This document shows positions 28,644 through 38,426 of a stretch of 64,000 bases of DNA, in pieces. Origin of the DNA: an uncultured Gemmatimonadales bacterium (GTDB lineage: Bacteria; Gemmatimonadota; Gemmatimonadetes; Gemmatimonadales; GWC2-71-9); NCBI GenBank assembly GCA_963825055.1, contig CAWGSK010000003.1:39060-103059 (forward strand), given 5' to 3'. Below the pieces are notes generated by a model. That model searched no databases. It was not told the origin of the DNA and saw only the letters and a list, made by a program, of their open reading frames with translations. Made by a program: the position numbers and the translations under genes. Position 1 is the first letter of the stretch. The number at the start of each line of letters is the position of its first letter.

Positions 28644-30676
28644 GCTTCCTTCCGGTCGTTGTCCTCGGCCACCCGCGCCGCGACTTCCGTCGGCGCTTCC
28701 GTGTACCCGTGGAACGACTGGTGATGCGTTCCCCGGCCGTGGGTGATCGAATGCAGCGTGGTGGAGTACTGGTACAGCTCCGCCTCCGGCACGATGGCCC
28801 GGACCTTTGTCAGGCGCCCGTTCTGTTCCGTCCCCAGGATCTGGCCACGGCGCGCGCTCAGGTCGCCCATGACGTCACCCAGCACGTCGTCGGGGGTGAA
28901 GACCTCGAGATCCGCCAGCGGCTCGAGCAGGATCGGCCGGCACTGCGGGGCCACGTTCCGGAAGGCGAGAATGCCTGCCATCCTGAACGATTGCTCATTC
29001 GAGTCCACGCTGTGGTATGACCCGTCGTAACATTCCACCTTGAAGTCAACCATCGGATACCCCGCCACCACGCCACGCTGCGCCGCCTCCCGCACCCCGC
29101 GATCCACCGCCGGCACGTATTTCCCCGGGATGACGCCGCCCGAAATCTTGTCGGCGAATTCATACCCGCTCCCGCGCGGCAGCGGCTCGATCCGGATCCA
29201 GCAGTCGCCGAACTGGCCACGCCCGCCGGACTGCTTCTTGTGCTTCCCCTGCCCTTCGGCACGCGCCTTGACAGTCTCGCGGTAGGCGACGCGGGGACGG
29301 GTCAGCTCGGCGTGGACACCGTACTTCCGCGACAGCCGGTCCAGGATGACCTCGAAATGCTTCTCGCCCATTCCATGAATCAGCGTCTGGCCGAGCTCCG
29401 AACTGTACTCGAAGTGGAAAGTGGGATCCTCCTCGTGCAGCTTGTGCAGGCCCGCGGCCAGCTTGTCCTCCTCCCCCCGCTGCTTCACGACCACGGCGGC
29501 AGTCGCCACCGCTTCCGGATACGGGATGGGTGGGAGTTCGACGAGATGGTCCTGCCGGCTGAACGTGTCGTTCGTGTGTGTGTCCTTCAGTTTCGCGACC
29601 GAGCCGATGTCGCCCGCGTGCAGTTCGGCGATCTCGGTCCGCTCCTTCCCCTGCTGGATCGACAGGTGGTTCAGCTTCTCGGCGACGTTGTGCTCGGCAT
29701 TCCAGACCTCGTCCCCGTTGCGCAGCTTCCCCGCGTACAGACGGAAGAACGTCACGTCGCCCACGTGCGGCTCGGAGACCGTCTTGAACACGCGGCCAAC
29801 CAGCGGGGCCTCGGCCGGCGGGCTCACCTCGCTCGCCGCCGGGAACAGCTCCACCATCTTGGTCAGGAGCGCGCGCATGCCGTAGGTGAGCTCCGCACTC
29901 CCGCAGAACAGGGGGACGATCTCGCCATCCATCATGGCCCGCTTCATCGCCGCGATGACTTCCGCGCGGCCGATGGACTCGCCACCCAGGTAGCGCTCGA
30001 GCAGGTCATCATCGGTACTCGCCACCGTCTCGGTGAGCTCGAGGGCATAGCGCTCGTACCGTTCCCGGTATTCCCCGGGGATATCCACCTCGTCGTATTC
30101 GCCGGCGCGAGTGCCGGCCCGGTACATGTGGCAGCGCCCGGAGAAGAGGTTGATGATCCCCTGGAAATCCGAGCCGTTGCCGATGGGGATCTCGACCGGC
30201 ACCACCTTCGGGCTCAGGTGCTCCTTCACATCGGCATAAACCCGTTCAAACTCGGCGTGGTCCTTGTCCATCTGGGAGACGTAGAGGATCCGGGGGAGGT
30301 GGCGGTCGTCGCAGACCTCCCATGCCTTCTCCGTCCCGACCTCCACGCCGCTGACGCCGCTCAGGACCACCACGGCCGCGTCGGCGGTGTACAGCGCCGT
30401 CAGGGTTTCCCCGAAGAAATCGAGGAAGCCCGGTGTGTCGATCAGGTTGAGCTTGACGTCCATCCATTCAGCGCAGGCGAGGCCCAGGCCGATGGAGTGC
30501 TGTCGCTCGATTTCGTCCGGGGAGTAATCGGTGAGGGTGGTGCCATCCTTGATACTGCCATGCCGCCGGCTGCTTCCACTGACAAAGGCGAGGGCGTCGA
30601 CCAGCGTAGTCTTGCCACTCCCCCCATGGCCTACGAAGGCCACGTTCCTGAGCGCGCTTGATGGGTAGACTTTCAC
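28640..30676 (-). CDS. Elongation factor G paralogue (EF-G2-like)
   Basis: GHGGSGKT, DTPG, GMGEKH, KHKKQSGGRGQFG, DGSYHSVDS, LEP; strong SD GGAGGAGG. Confidence 0.92.
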   Translation of the reverse strand: MKVYPSSALRNVAFVGHGGSGKTTLVDALAFVSGSSRRHGSIKDGTTLTDYSPDEIERQHSIGLGLACAEWMDVKLNLIDTPGFLDFFGETLTALYTADAAVVVLSGVSGVEVGTEKAWEVCDDRHLPRILYVSQMDKDHAEFERVYADVKEHLSPKVVPVEIPIGNGSDFQGIINLFSGRCHMYRAGTRAGEYDEVDIPGEYRERYERYALELTETVASTDDDLLERYLGGESIGRAEVIAAMKRAMMDGEIVPLFCGSAELTYGMRALLTKMVELFPAASEVSPPAEAPLVGRVFKTVSEPHVGDVTFFRLYAGKLRNGDEVWNAEHNVAEKLNHLSIQQGKERTEIAELHAGDIGSVAKLKDTHTNDTFSRQDHLVELPPIPYPEAVATAAVVVKQRGEEDKLAAGLHKLHEEDPTFHFEYSSELGQTLIHGMGEKHFEVILDRLSRKYGVHAELTRPRVAYRETVKARAEGQGKHKKQSGGRGQFGDCWIRIEPLPRGSGYEFADKISGGVIPGKYVPAVDRGVREAAQRGVVAGYPMVDFKVECYDGSYHSVDSNEQSFRMAGILAFRNVAPQCRPILLEPLADLEVFTPDDVLGDVMGDLSARRGQILGTEQNGRLTKVRAIVPEAELYQYSTTLHSITHGRGTHHQSFHGYTEAPTEVAARVAEDNDRKEA

Positions 30677-30707
30677 GGCTCACCTCCTCCTGGAGTAGGG
30701 GATACGG

Positions 30708-30736
30708 ATTCTGGCCGGATGGAGCCCCCCTGTCAA
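30708..30736 (-). promoter_or_regulatory. Sigma70-type promoter for the EF-G paralogue
   Basis: Minus strand TTGACA-N17-CAGAAT. Confidence 0.6.
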
Positions 30737-30884
30737 ATCAGGCCCTGTGTGTGTGCGCCACGTCACGGGCCGGGAGGGCCGGCCGCTCTACCATGGGAGG
30801 AGGGCGCCGGGAACCCCCGGGGGGCCCTTCTGGATTACAGCGAGGAGCGGGATTGACACCAGCCTGCGGGGAAAGGATGCCGGC

Positions 30885-31205
30885 ATGACCGCCGTCACCG
30901 GTTACGCTGGCGACATGCGCTTCGTCGCCCGGGCGATCCTGCCCACCTACATGTCGGCCCTCCAGGACGCCCTGGAGGACGTCGCGCGGCGCCTGCCCAC
31001 CGGGCGGACCCGGCGCCTGCTGGCCGGGCTGTGCCAGCGTCTCGGGTCCCGCGCGGGACGTTCCTCCCGCCGCATGCGCTCCCTCCACCGTCTGGCCATG
31101 ATGGGAGAGGCAGCGGGCTGGCTCACCGCAGACGAGTCCATCACCATCCGCAAGCTGGCCTATCGCTGCGCCTTCTACCTCCGGCGGGCGGAGGAAGCCG
31201 ACTAG
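30885..31205 (+). CDS. Small all-helical hypothetical protein
   Basis: Clean codon usage, fills the gap; AAGGA and TTGACA upstream. Confidence 0.65.
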   Translation: MTAVTGYAGDMRFVARAILPTYMSALQDALEDVARRLPTGRTRRLLAGLCQRLGSRAGRSSRRMRSLHRLAMMGEAAGWLTADESITIRKLAYRCAFYLRRAEEAD

Positions 31206-31252
31206 CCCGCCCCCTGACTGACGCCCGCCAGTCACCGCTGTATCTTCCGGGC

Positions 31253-31963
31253 ATGTCCTCCCCCCGCACCGCACTCGTCACTGGCGCCACCAAGGGAATC
31301 GGCCGCGCCGTCTGCCTTGCCCTGGCCGATGCGGGCTTCCGGGTGGGACTCTGCGCGCGCACGGCGGAAGATGTCGCCCGCTTCACGGGGGAACTGGAGG
31401 CCCGGGGCACCCGGGCGGCGGGGCGCGCCGCGGACGTGGGCGATGCCGCCCAGGTGGACGCGATGGTCCGCCATGTCGAGGAGGCCCTCGGACCGGTCGA
31501 AGTCCTGGTCAACAATGCCGGCATCGCCCGCCTGGCACCCTTCGCCGAGCTGACGCTCGACGACTGGGACAGCACTATGGCCACCAACCTGCGCGGTCTC
31601 TTCCTCGTCACCAGGGCGGTCCTGCCCGGCATGCGACGCCGCAAGGCAGGCACTGTCATCAACATCGCCAGCCTCGCCGGCCGGAACGGCTTCGTCGGGG
31701 GGGCGGCCTACAGCGCCAGCAAGCATGCCGTCCTCGGGTTCAGCCGCTCGCTCATGCTCGAGGTCCGCAAGGAAGGGGTCCGCGTCGCGACCATCTGTCC
31801 GGGCTCGGTCGCGACGCCCCTCATGGCGCAGCAGGACATGCTGGACCGCGACCCGGACCGGATCCTCAAGCCTGAGGACGTGGCCGCCAGCGTCCTGCAC
31901 GTCCTGACGCTGCCGGAACGGGCCCTGGTCAGTGAGCTGGACATTCGACCGTCCGATCCCTGA
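31253..31963 (+). CDS. SDR-family oxidoreductase
   Basis: TGATKGIG, NNAG, YSASK, CPG. Confidence 0.93.
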   Translation: MSSPRTALVTGATKGIGRAVCLALADAGFRVGLCARTAEDVARFTGELEARGTRAAGRAADVGDAAQVDAMVRHVEEALGPVEVLVNNAGIARLAPFAELTLDDWDSTMATNLRGLFLVTRAVLPGMRRRKAGTVINIASLAGRNGFVGGAAYSASKHAVLGFSRSLMLEVRKEGVRVATICPGSVATPLMAQQDMLDRDPDRILKPEDVAASVLHVLTLPERALVSELDIRPSDP

Positions 31964-31971
31964 GCACGCGG

Positions 31972-32202
31972 TTGACCAGGGTTACGATCACGATGTGCGT
32001 CTGCCGGCAGATGCCCTTCACCCGGCTGCTGCCGCTGGTTCGCGAGCACCGCTGGACCCTGGGCGACATCATGCGGGAGACTGGTTGCGGCGACCAGTGC
32101 GGGCTCTGCCGGCCCTACCTGCGCCGCATGCTGCGCACCGGAGAGACCGTCTTCCATTCGATCCTGACCGACGAGGACGAGCCGCCCCTTGAGTTCGTTT
32201 AA
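31972..32202 (+). CDS. BFD-like (2Fe-2S)-binding protein
   Basis: CVC...TGCGDQCGLC. Confidence 0.8.
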   Translation: MTRVTITMCVCRQMPFTRLLPLVREHRWTLGDIMRETGCGDQCGLCRPYLRRMLRTGETVFHSILTDEDEPPLEFV

Positions 32203-33760
32203 GGAGGCACTGACCCCCGAGGCGGAGCAGACGCTCTGGCGGCGCATCTACGCCACCCGCCCGCTCATCGCGCTGGCGATCATCGCCGGCTGGGTGTCCA
32301 TTTATTTCGCCTATCAGGACAGCTGGCTCGGGGCGGTCATCGCCCTGGTGAGTTCCCTCCTCGGCATCGTCACCCTTAGCCGCGGCCATGACCTGTTCCG
32401 GCAGCAGCGCCAGCAGTACCGCCAGGCCTACGACACCGCGATGGCCCGGAATCGCGCCCTCGACCGCCTTCGCGGCCTGGCCGCCACCCTCCTGGCCGGC
32501 TCCGATCTCCAGGTCCTCTTCCTCGAGGTGGCCCAGGCCGCCGCGGACCTGCTGGACGCCGAAGCCGGACAGGTGACGCTCGTGGTCGAGGAGGGGCGCT
32601 TCCTGCGGATCGCCGCCGCGACGGGATCGCTCGAGCAGATGAGCGGTACACTGATCCCGGTGGACACCTCGTTCTCGGGCTGGGTGGTCACCGAGGCAGC
32701 CCCCCTCACCGTGGACGACCTCGCCGCCGACGGGCGGTTCATCGCGCCGCCGCCCCTGGATCGCGGCAACGCCATCATCGCCCCGCTGGTGTCAGTGGAC
32801 GTGGTCATCGGCACCGTCGGCGCGTTCAACCGGCGGGACGGCCGTCCTTTCGATGCGGACGACCTGCAACTCCTGAAGACCCTGGGTGACCAGGCCGTCG
32901 TCGGCATCGACCGGGCGCAGGCCATCAACGAGATCCGCCAGAGCGAGCAGGCGCTGGCCCAGAAAAACGACGAACTCCGGCGCGCCACGCAACTCAAGAA
33001 CGAGTTTCTCACGAACATGTCGCACGAGCTGCGAACCCCCCTCAATTCGATCATCGGGTTTTCCGACCTGATGCTGGCGGGAGGGAGCGGGGAAGTGTCA
33101 CCTGACCAGCAGGAGTATCTCGAGGCCGTCCTGCGCAATGGCAAGCACCTCCTCGGCCTGATCAACAGCGTGCTCGACCTGTCGAAGATCGAGGCCGGCC
33201 ACATGGAGCTCGAACTGGTATCCACCGACATGCGACAGGCCATTCACCGCGTGGTGGCCGACAGCAGCAGTCTGCGGAGCGCCAAGGAACAGGAGTGCGT
33301 GGTCGTCATGGACGAGAACGACGACCTCATGATCATCGCCGATGACATCCGCGTGCGGCAGATCCTGTTCAACCTGCTGTCGAACGCCAGCAAGTTCACC
33401 CCCGAAAAGGGCACCATCACGGTGTCGGCCGTCCGCACCCGTGCCCCGTTCCCCCTGCCCTCGGATCGCACGGGAGACCAGGTGCGCCTGCTCACCCGGG
33501 ATGCCGTGTGGATCTCGGTGATCGACACCGGCATCGGTATCCCGACGGACCACATGCCGAAGCTCTTCCAGGAATTCAGCCAGGTGGACGCCTCAGCCAG
33601 CCGCCGCGCCCAGGGCACAGGCCTTGGCCTGGCACTGTCCCGCAGGTTCGTGGAACTCCACGGCGGCACCATCGGAGTGGAGTCCATCCAGGGCGTGGGC
33701 AGCACGTTCTGGTTCATCCTTCCCGTCGACGGCCCGATCCGCCGGCACCAGCCGGCCTGA
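32189..33760 (+). CDS. Membrane GAF-domain sensor histidine kinase
   Basis: Two TMs, GAF, MSHELRTPL, NLLSNASKFT, DTGIG, GTGLGL. Confidence 0.93.
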   Translation: MSSFKEALTPEAEQTLWRRIYATRPLIALAIIAGWVSIYFAYQDSWLGAVIALVSSLLGIVTLSRGHDLFRQQRQQYRQAYDTAMARNRALDRLRGLAATLLAGSDLQVLFLEVAQAAADLLDAEAGQVTLVVEEGRFLRIAAATGSLEQMSGTLIPVDTSFSGWVVTEAAPLTVDDLAADGRFIAPPPLDRGNAIIAPLVSVDVVIGTVGAFNRRDGRPFDADDLQLLKTLGDQAVVGIDRAQAINEIRQSEQALAQKNDELRRATQLKNEFLTNMSHELRTPLNSIIGFSDLMLAGGSGEVSPDQQEYLEAVLRNGKHLLGLINSVLDLSKIEAGHMELELVSTDMRQAIHRVVADSSSLRSAKEQECVVVMDENDDLMIIADDIRVRQILFNLLSNASKFTPEKGTITVSAVRTRAPFPLPSDRTGDQVRLLTRDAVWISVIDTGIGIPTDHMPKLFQEFSQVDASASRRAQGTGLGLALSRRFVELHGGTIGVESIQGVGSTFWFILPVDGPIRRHQPA

Positions 33761-33761
33761 C

Positions 33762-34397
33762 ATGGGCGGACGGGCGATGCTCATCGGGGTAGTGGGCGGC
33801 TCCGGCTCCGGCAAGACCACGGTCGCGCGCGCCATCGCCCGCTCGCGCGGGATCGATGCCGTCCTGATGGACCAGGACAGCTATTACCAGGATCTGGGCC
33901 ACCTGACCCTCGAGGAGCGCCGCCGGGTCAATTTCGACCATCCGGATGCCATCGACACCGAGCTCCTCATCCGGCACCTGGAGGAACTGGCGACGGGCCG
34001 GGCGGTGGACAAGCCCACCTACGACTTCGTCGCCCACACCCGCGCCGCCGAGACGATCCGGGTCGAGCCTCATGAAGTGGTCGTGGTGGATGGAATCCTG
34101 CTCTTTGTGGATGCGCGCCTGCGGGAACTCTTCAACCTCAAGATCTTTGTTGATGTCGCTGACGACGTCAGGTTCATTCGCCGCCTCCGGCGGGACACCC
34201 GCGACCGCGGCCGGACCGTGGACATGGTCATCGACCAGTACCTCGCCACGGTGCGGCCGATGCACCTGGAGTTCGTCGAGCCGTCGAAGCGGCACGCGGA
34301 TATCATCATCCCCGAGGGGGGCCGCAACCAGGTCGCGATCGAGATGCTCCAGGCCCAGATCGAGCGCAGCCTGAAGCTCAGGCGTGCATCAGGGTGA
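33762..34397 (+). CDS. udk: Uridine kinase
   Basis: GGSGSGKTT, QDSYY, NFDHPDA, RRLRRD--RGR, VRPMH--FVEPSK (start 33762 or 33777). Confidence 0.95.
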   Translation: MGGRAMLIGVVGGSGSGKTTVARAIARSRGIDAVLMDQDSYYQDLGHLTLEERRRVNFDHPDAIDTELLIRHLEELATGRAVDKPTYDFVAHTRAAETIRVEPHEVVVVDGILLFVDARLRELFNLKIFVDVADDVRFIRRLRRDTRDRGRTVDMVIDQYLATVRPMHLEFVEPSKRHADIIIPEGGRNQVAIEMLQAQIERSLKLRRASG

Positions 34398-34429
34398 ACC
34401 CGCCCCGTCCGTCCTGGCTTGTTCCACCC

Positions 34430-34963
34430 TCAGCCCAGGTACCGCTCTTCGATGACGGCCCGATGATGCAGCTCGTGCCCGGCGATGATCCACGGCAGGG
34501 CACTGGCCGCGAATTCCACACCGCTCGCCACCCCCCGGCCGCTCCATGCCTCGTCGGGAAGCCCCCGGCATAACGCAACCGTACCGTGGCGGACCGCCTC
34601 GAGTTCCGTCAGCAGGCCAGCCAGCGGACGCTCATCCGCTTTCCCGACCACCACGTACTCATCCTGCTCAAAGCCCGGGAGCGGAGTGGAATCGTGACGC
34701 GCGAAATGCAGCAGGCGCGCGGCGAACACCCGCTCGGTATCGCTCAGGTGCAGCACGATGTCCTTGATGCTCCACTTGCCCGGGGCGTACCGGTATTGCG
34801 CGCGCGCCTCGTCCAGTCCGGCGAGGAGGGAGATGGTCACCTCGAGCTGGGAAGCAAGCCGGCCCAGGATGGCGTCGTCCGGAACCCGCTCGACGTAGCG
34901 GGCATAGTATGCGGGGCAGTCGGCTTCGCCGGGCCGGGAAAGCATTATCGGCATGGGATCCAC
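34430..34963 (-). CDS. DinB-family protein
   Basis: YAPGKWSIK, HLSDTER, PLPGFEQD, AGHELHH. Confidence 0.88.
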   Translation of the reverse strand: MDPMPIMLSRPGEADCPAYYARYVERVPDDAILGRLASQLEVTISLLAGLDEARAQYRYAPGKWSIKDIVLHLSDTERVFAARLLHFARHDSTPLPGFEQDEYVVVGKADERPLAGLLTELEAVRHGTVALCRGLPDEAWSGRGVASGVEFAASALPWIIAGHELHHRAVIEERYLG

Positions 34964-35028
34964 CTCGGGACAGGGAAGTCAGCCATCCATCCATTCGCAG
35001 TTGTTCGCGCCGGGAGATCCGCCTCGAG

Positions 35029-36624
35029 TCATCCCTGATCCCCCGCAAGCTCCTCATCCACCTCCGCGCGCGCGGCAAGCCCCCGATCCACTGCCTCACC
35101 GATCGCCCTGGCGCGCTCCAGTTGAAACGTGAGGTCAGCCACGGAACCGAGGCCGGCCTGGAGTTTGAGCATGACGAGCCGCAGGTTCTCCAGCGCTGCC
35201 ACAGTGTCGTTGAGTGGCGGCCCGGTAACCCCGTTCGCCCGCAACCGCTCCGCCCGGGACTCCAGGCCTTCGACCACACCGGGCATGTGGCGAACCTGGC
35301 GGCGAATGTCGGGCGGAAGTCCCTCGTAGACCGCGAGCGTCGACCGCCCCAGCACGAACTCCGTCGCGTCGGTCGACGGAAGAACCGGGTGCTCCGGGGA
35401 CGAAAGCCCCACGCCCGCGATCCGGAAGAACCAGCGCCCGATCCGGCCGGCCCAGATACGATGCCACCGGCCGTTCAGCCATCGCAGCCACCGGCGCTGT
35501 CCCAGCTCCGCCGCCTCTTCTTCCTGTAATTGCGCCTCGGCCAGCAGGGCCTGGTGGATATCGTCAAAGGCGTAGCCTTCCCGCAGCAGCCGGCGGGCGG
35601 TCGCCACCAGCTGGATCAGCAGAATCGTGCCGATCAACCCCGGCCCCAGGTTGACGGCCGTCACGCCCGCTTCCCCGACACTGACCCCTTGCCCCGCCAG
35701 CATGACTGCGAGAACGACCATGGTGGTCACCTGGGCGTTGCGAACGAAGCTCCTGACAATGGGCGGTGCCCGGAGGTCGCGGCCCCGGGCCTCGCCCACC
35801 CGCCGTGCCAGATCGTCACCGGTTGGCCAGCGCTCGGCCGGATCCTTGGCCAGGCACCGGTCGATCACCTCCGCGATGCGATCCGGCACGTCCGGACGCA
35901 CCGTCCGGACCGCCGGGGCCGATTCCGCCACCTGGCGCACCATGATCGCCGGGAGATCGCTCCCCTCTATCGGACTCCGCCCCGTCAGGGCGTAGAAGAA
36001 CGTCGCGCCCAGGGCATAGAGGTCGCTCCGGGCATCGACCGCCTCACCCAGCACCTGCTCCGGGCTCATATATCTGGCGGTGCCGATCACTTCGCCCTCG
36101 CCCCGCGTCGTGTCATGCCGGTGAAGCGCGATACCGAAATCCGTGACCAGTGCCCGTTCGGTCCCCCGCTCGATCATGATGTTGTCGGGCTTGATGTCGC
36201 GGTGAATCACGCCCTTCTCGTGCGCGTAGCCCAGCGCCCAGGCCACCTCCTGCATCAGCTTCATCGCCAGGCGCGGCGACAACGGTCCGACCCGCTCAAC
36301 GCGTTCCCGCAGCGTTTCTCCGTCCACATATCCCATCACGAAAAACACGAGCGTGCCGTATTCCTCGACCGAATGGATCGGTACGATGTTCGGATGGGAC
36401 AGTCCGGCCGCCGTCCGTGCCTCACGCAGAAACCGGGCGCGGCATATCGGATCGTCCGCCATGGCGGGGGGCAGGAGCTTGATGGCAACCAGTCGATCGA
36501 GGGCGACATCACGGGCCAGCAGGACGATTCCCATCCCGCCGCGGCCCAGTTCATACTCGATGGAATAGCGCCCGGACAGGTGCTCCTGGAGGGCGATGAG
36601 TTCGTGACTGATCGGGGTTGTCAT
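35029..36624 (-). CDS. Hanks-type Ser/Thr protein kinase with TM segments and helical C-terminus
   Basis: LGRGGMG, VAIK, HRDIKPDN, DFG, YMSPE, DLYALG. Confidence 0.93.
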   Translation of the reverse strand: MTTPISHELIALQEHLSGRYSIEYELGRGGMGIVLLARDVALDRLVAIKLLPPAMADDPICRARFLREARTAAGLSHPNIVPIHSVEEYGTLVFFVMGYVDGETLRERVERVGPLSPRLAMKLMQEVAWALGYAHEKGVIHRDIKPDNIMIERGTERALVTDFGIALHRHDTTRGEGEVIGTARYMSPEQVLGEAVDARSDLYALGATFFYALTGRSPIEGSDLPAIMVRQVAESAPAVRTVRPDVPDRIAEVIDRCLAKDPAERWPTGDDLARRVGEARGRDLRAPPIVRSFVRNAQVTTMVVLAVMLAGQGVSVGEAGVTAVNLGPGLIGTILLIQLVATARRLLREGYAFDDIHQALLAEAQLQEEEAAELGQRRWLRWLNGRWHRIWAGRIGRWFFRIAGVGLSSPEHPVLPSTDATEFVLGRSTLAVYEGLPPDIRRQVRHMPGVVEGLESRAERLRANGVTGPPLNDTVAALENLRLVMLKLQAGLGSVADLTFQLERARAIGEAVDRGLAARAEVDEELAGDQG

Positions 36625-36684
36625 CTCAGATCGCCTCCCGGCGGTCGGGCGCGGCTCCTGCGGTCAGGCCGGCTGGCGCCCGCC

Positions 36685-37170
36685 TCATGGAGAAGCCAGC
36701 CGGATGAGCGCGATGAGCGTGATGGCGGCGATGGTCGCCGCGCCGGCGACCATCACCAGGAGGCCGGCGGCCAGCAGGCCAAGCGCAAGGCGGTCACGCC
36801 GCACCGCCCGCTCCGGCCTTTCCAGAACGCGTTGAAGCAGGCGGAGGTTTCGGCGGTTGGCCTTCCATCCGGCATCGAACAGATCGCCGATCAGCGGGAC
36901 GGCGCCGGCCACCGCGTCGATGCCCAGGTTCGCCACCATCCGCGCGAGACTCGCGCCGGGCGCGCCCAGGCGGGCGGCCTCCAGGACGATGAAACTGGAA
37001 AGCACCAGGCCCAGCGCGTCTCCGGCTCCCGGCACCAGGCCGAGGATGGGATCCCAGCCAAAGCGCCAGGACGTACCCGGCACGGCCAGACCGTCATCCA
37101 GCCACCGGGTGAGCCGTTCCAGGCGCGCCAGGGAGGGCCCGGGATCGCGGGCGGGCAGGCCCCCGCTCAA
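36685..37170 (-). CDS. DUF4112-family membrane protein
   Basis: LDD--VPGT-WRFGWDPILGLVPGAGD, GAVPLIGDLFD--WKAN. Confidence 0.85.
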   Translation of the reverse strand: MSGGLPARDPGPSLARLERLTRWLDDGLAVPGTSWRFGWDPILGLVPGAGDALGLVLSSFIVLEAARLGAPGASLARMVANLGIDAVAGAVPLIGDLFDAGWKANRRNLRLLQRVLERPERAVRRDRLALGLLAAGLLVMVAGAATIAAITLIALIRLASP

Positions 37171-37244
37171 CGGCGGGCCCCGTGGCTGCGTATCCCTTTC
37201 ACAGGCACGATGCCTGACATTTTACCTGATGATCGAGGTGTTGC

Positions 37245-37625
37245 ATGAAGCTCTCCCATACCCTCTTTGCGCTGGCAATCGGGCTCGGTGTTGCCGCTCC
37301 CGTCCAGGCGCAGGGGCCCGGCGCCGGCATGCGCGACCGGGGCCAGATGCTCCAGTATCGTAATCAGAGACTGCTCCAGGGAATCGAACTGACCACGGCC
37401 CAGAAGGCAGCGGTGGACAGCGTGACCGCGGCCTACCAGGCGAAAATGCCGAAAATGGAGCCCGGCACCCGCCCGGCCCCGGAGCAGATGCAGGCTTTCC
37501 GGAAGGCCGCCGAAGACCAGGCCACAGCCGTACGGGACCTCCTGACCCCGGAACAGCAGAAGGTGTTCGACACGAATCGTGAGTCGATGCCGCGGCGCCG
37601 CGGAGCGCCTCCCGCGGGATCCTAG
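37245..37625 (+). CDS. Spy/CpxP-like periplasmic protein
   Basis: Signal peptide ending AQG; LTTAQ and LTPEQ (LTxxQ) motifs. Confidence 0.75.
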   Translation: MKLSHTLFALAIGLGVAAPVQAQGPGAGMRDRGQMLQYRNQRLLQGIELTTAQKAAVDSVTAAYQAKMPKMEPGTRPAPEQMQAFRKAAEDQATAVRDLLTPEQQKVFDTNRESMPRRRGAPPAGS

Positions 37626-37642
37626 ACAGAGAACCCCGGTAC

Positions 37643-37672
37643 GAAAACGGGCGGCTGCAGCCGCCCGTTTTC
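37643..37672. terminator. Bidirectional intrinsic terminator
   Basis: Perfect 30-bp palindrome GAAAACGGGCGGCTGCAGCCGCCCGTTTTC between convergent genes. Confidence 0.85.
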
Positions 37673-37697
37673 CTGTCCGCCCTGCCCGCCCTGTCCA

Positions 37698-38426
37698 TCA
37701 CTCCAGATAGTACTCCACGGTAGACACCACCCTGATCGTCTTGTAGAGCTGGCTCTCCTCGGAAAAGCCGGGCGCCTGGTCCCGGGGCAGGATCTGGAAC
37801 ACACCCTGATTCGCCTGCCGGATGCCGCCCAGCGTGCTGCGGGAATCGGTCGCGAACTTCTCCGCTGCCTCGCGCGCGCTTGAGGTGGCCTCGGCGATCA
37901 TGGCGGGCTTGAAGTCATTGAGCCGGGTAAAGAGAAAGGTGGGCCGGCCCTGGCCGAACCGGCCGCCGGTGGACAGCACGACGCCGGCGTTCACCAGTTC
38001 GCCCACCCGCTGGCTGGCGGCGAGCACCGCCATGGGCTTGTCCGAGCGAACCATGATCGTCTGCGCCACGATGAACCGGGTTCCCAGGGGGCCGTTCCGG
38101 TACGGATCGGCCAGCTTGTCCGTGACCTCGAGGTTCTGGACTTCCGACTGGGCGGTGTCGAGGCCCATCCGGGCGAGAAAGGCGTAGACCCGCCGGGTGT
38201 CGACGTCGATCCTTGCCTGCGCCCGGCCCAGGTCATCATCGGTTTCGACGTACGAGAGGGGCCAGAGCGCCAGGTCCGCTTCGGCGTTCCGTTCCGCCAC
38301 TCCCTTCACCGTCACGTAGCGGTCCGCGGTCCGGGCGCGGGCAAAGCCGTGTCCGATGAACCAGCCGGCCAGCGCCAGCGCCACCGCGCCAAGCGCGGCA
38401 GCAACGAGAACACGGTCAATTCGCAT
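37698..38426 (-). CDS. SIMPL/DUF541-family protein
   Basis: RYVTVKGVAER, KPAMIAEAT, ANQGVFQI, KTIRVVSTVEY. Confidence 0.85.
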   Translation of the reverse strand: MRIDRVLVAAALGAVALALAGWFIGHGFARARTADRYVTVKGVAERNAEADLALWPLSYVETDDDLGRAQARIDVDTRRVYAFLARMGLDTAQSEVQNLEVTDKLADPYRNGPLGTRFIVAQTIMVRSDKPMAVLAASQRVGELVNAGVVLSTGGRFGQGRPTFLFTRLNDFKPAMIAEATSSAREAAEKFATDSRSTLGGIRQANQGVFQILPRDQAPGFSEESQLYKTIRVVSTVEYYLE

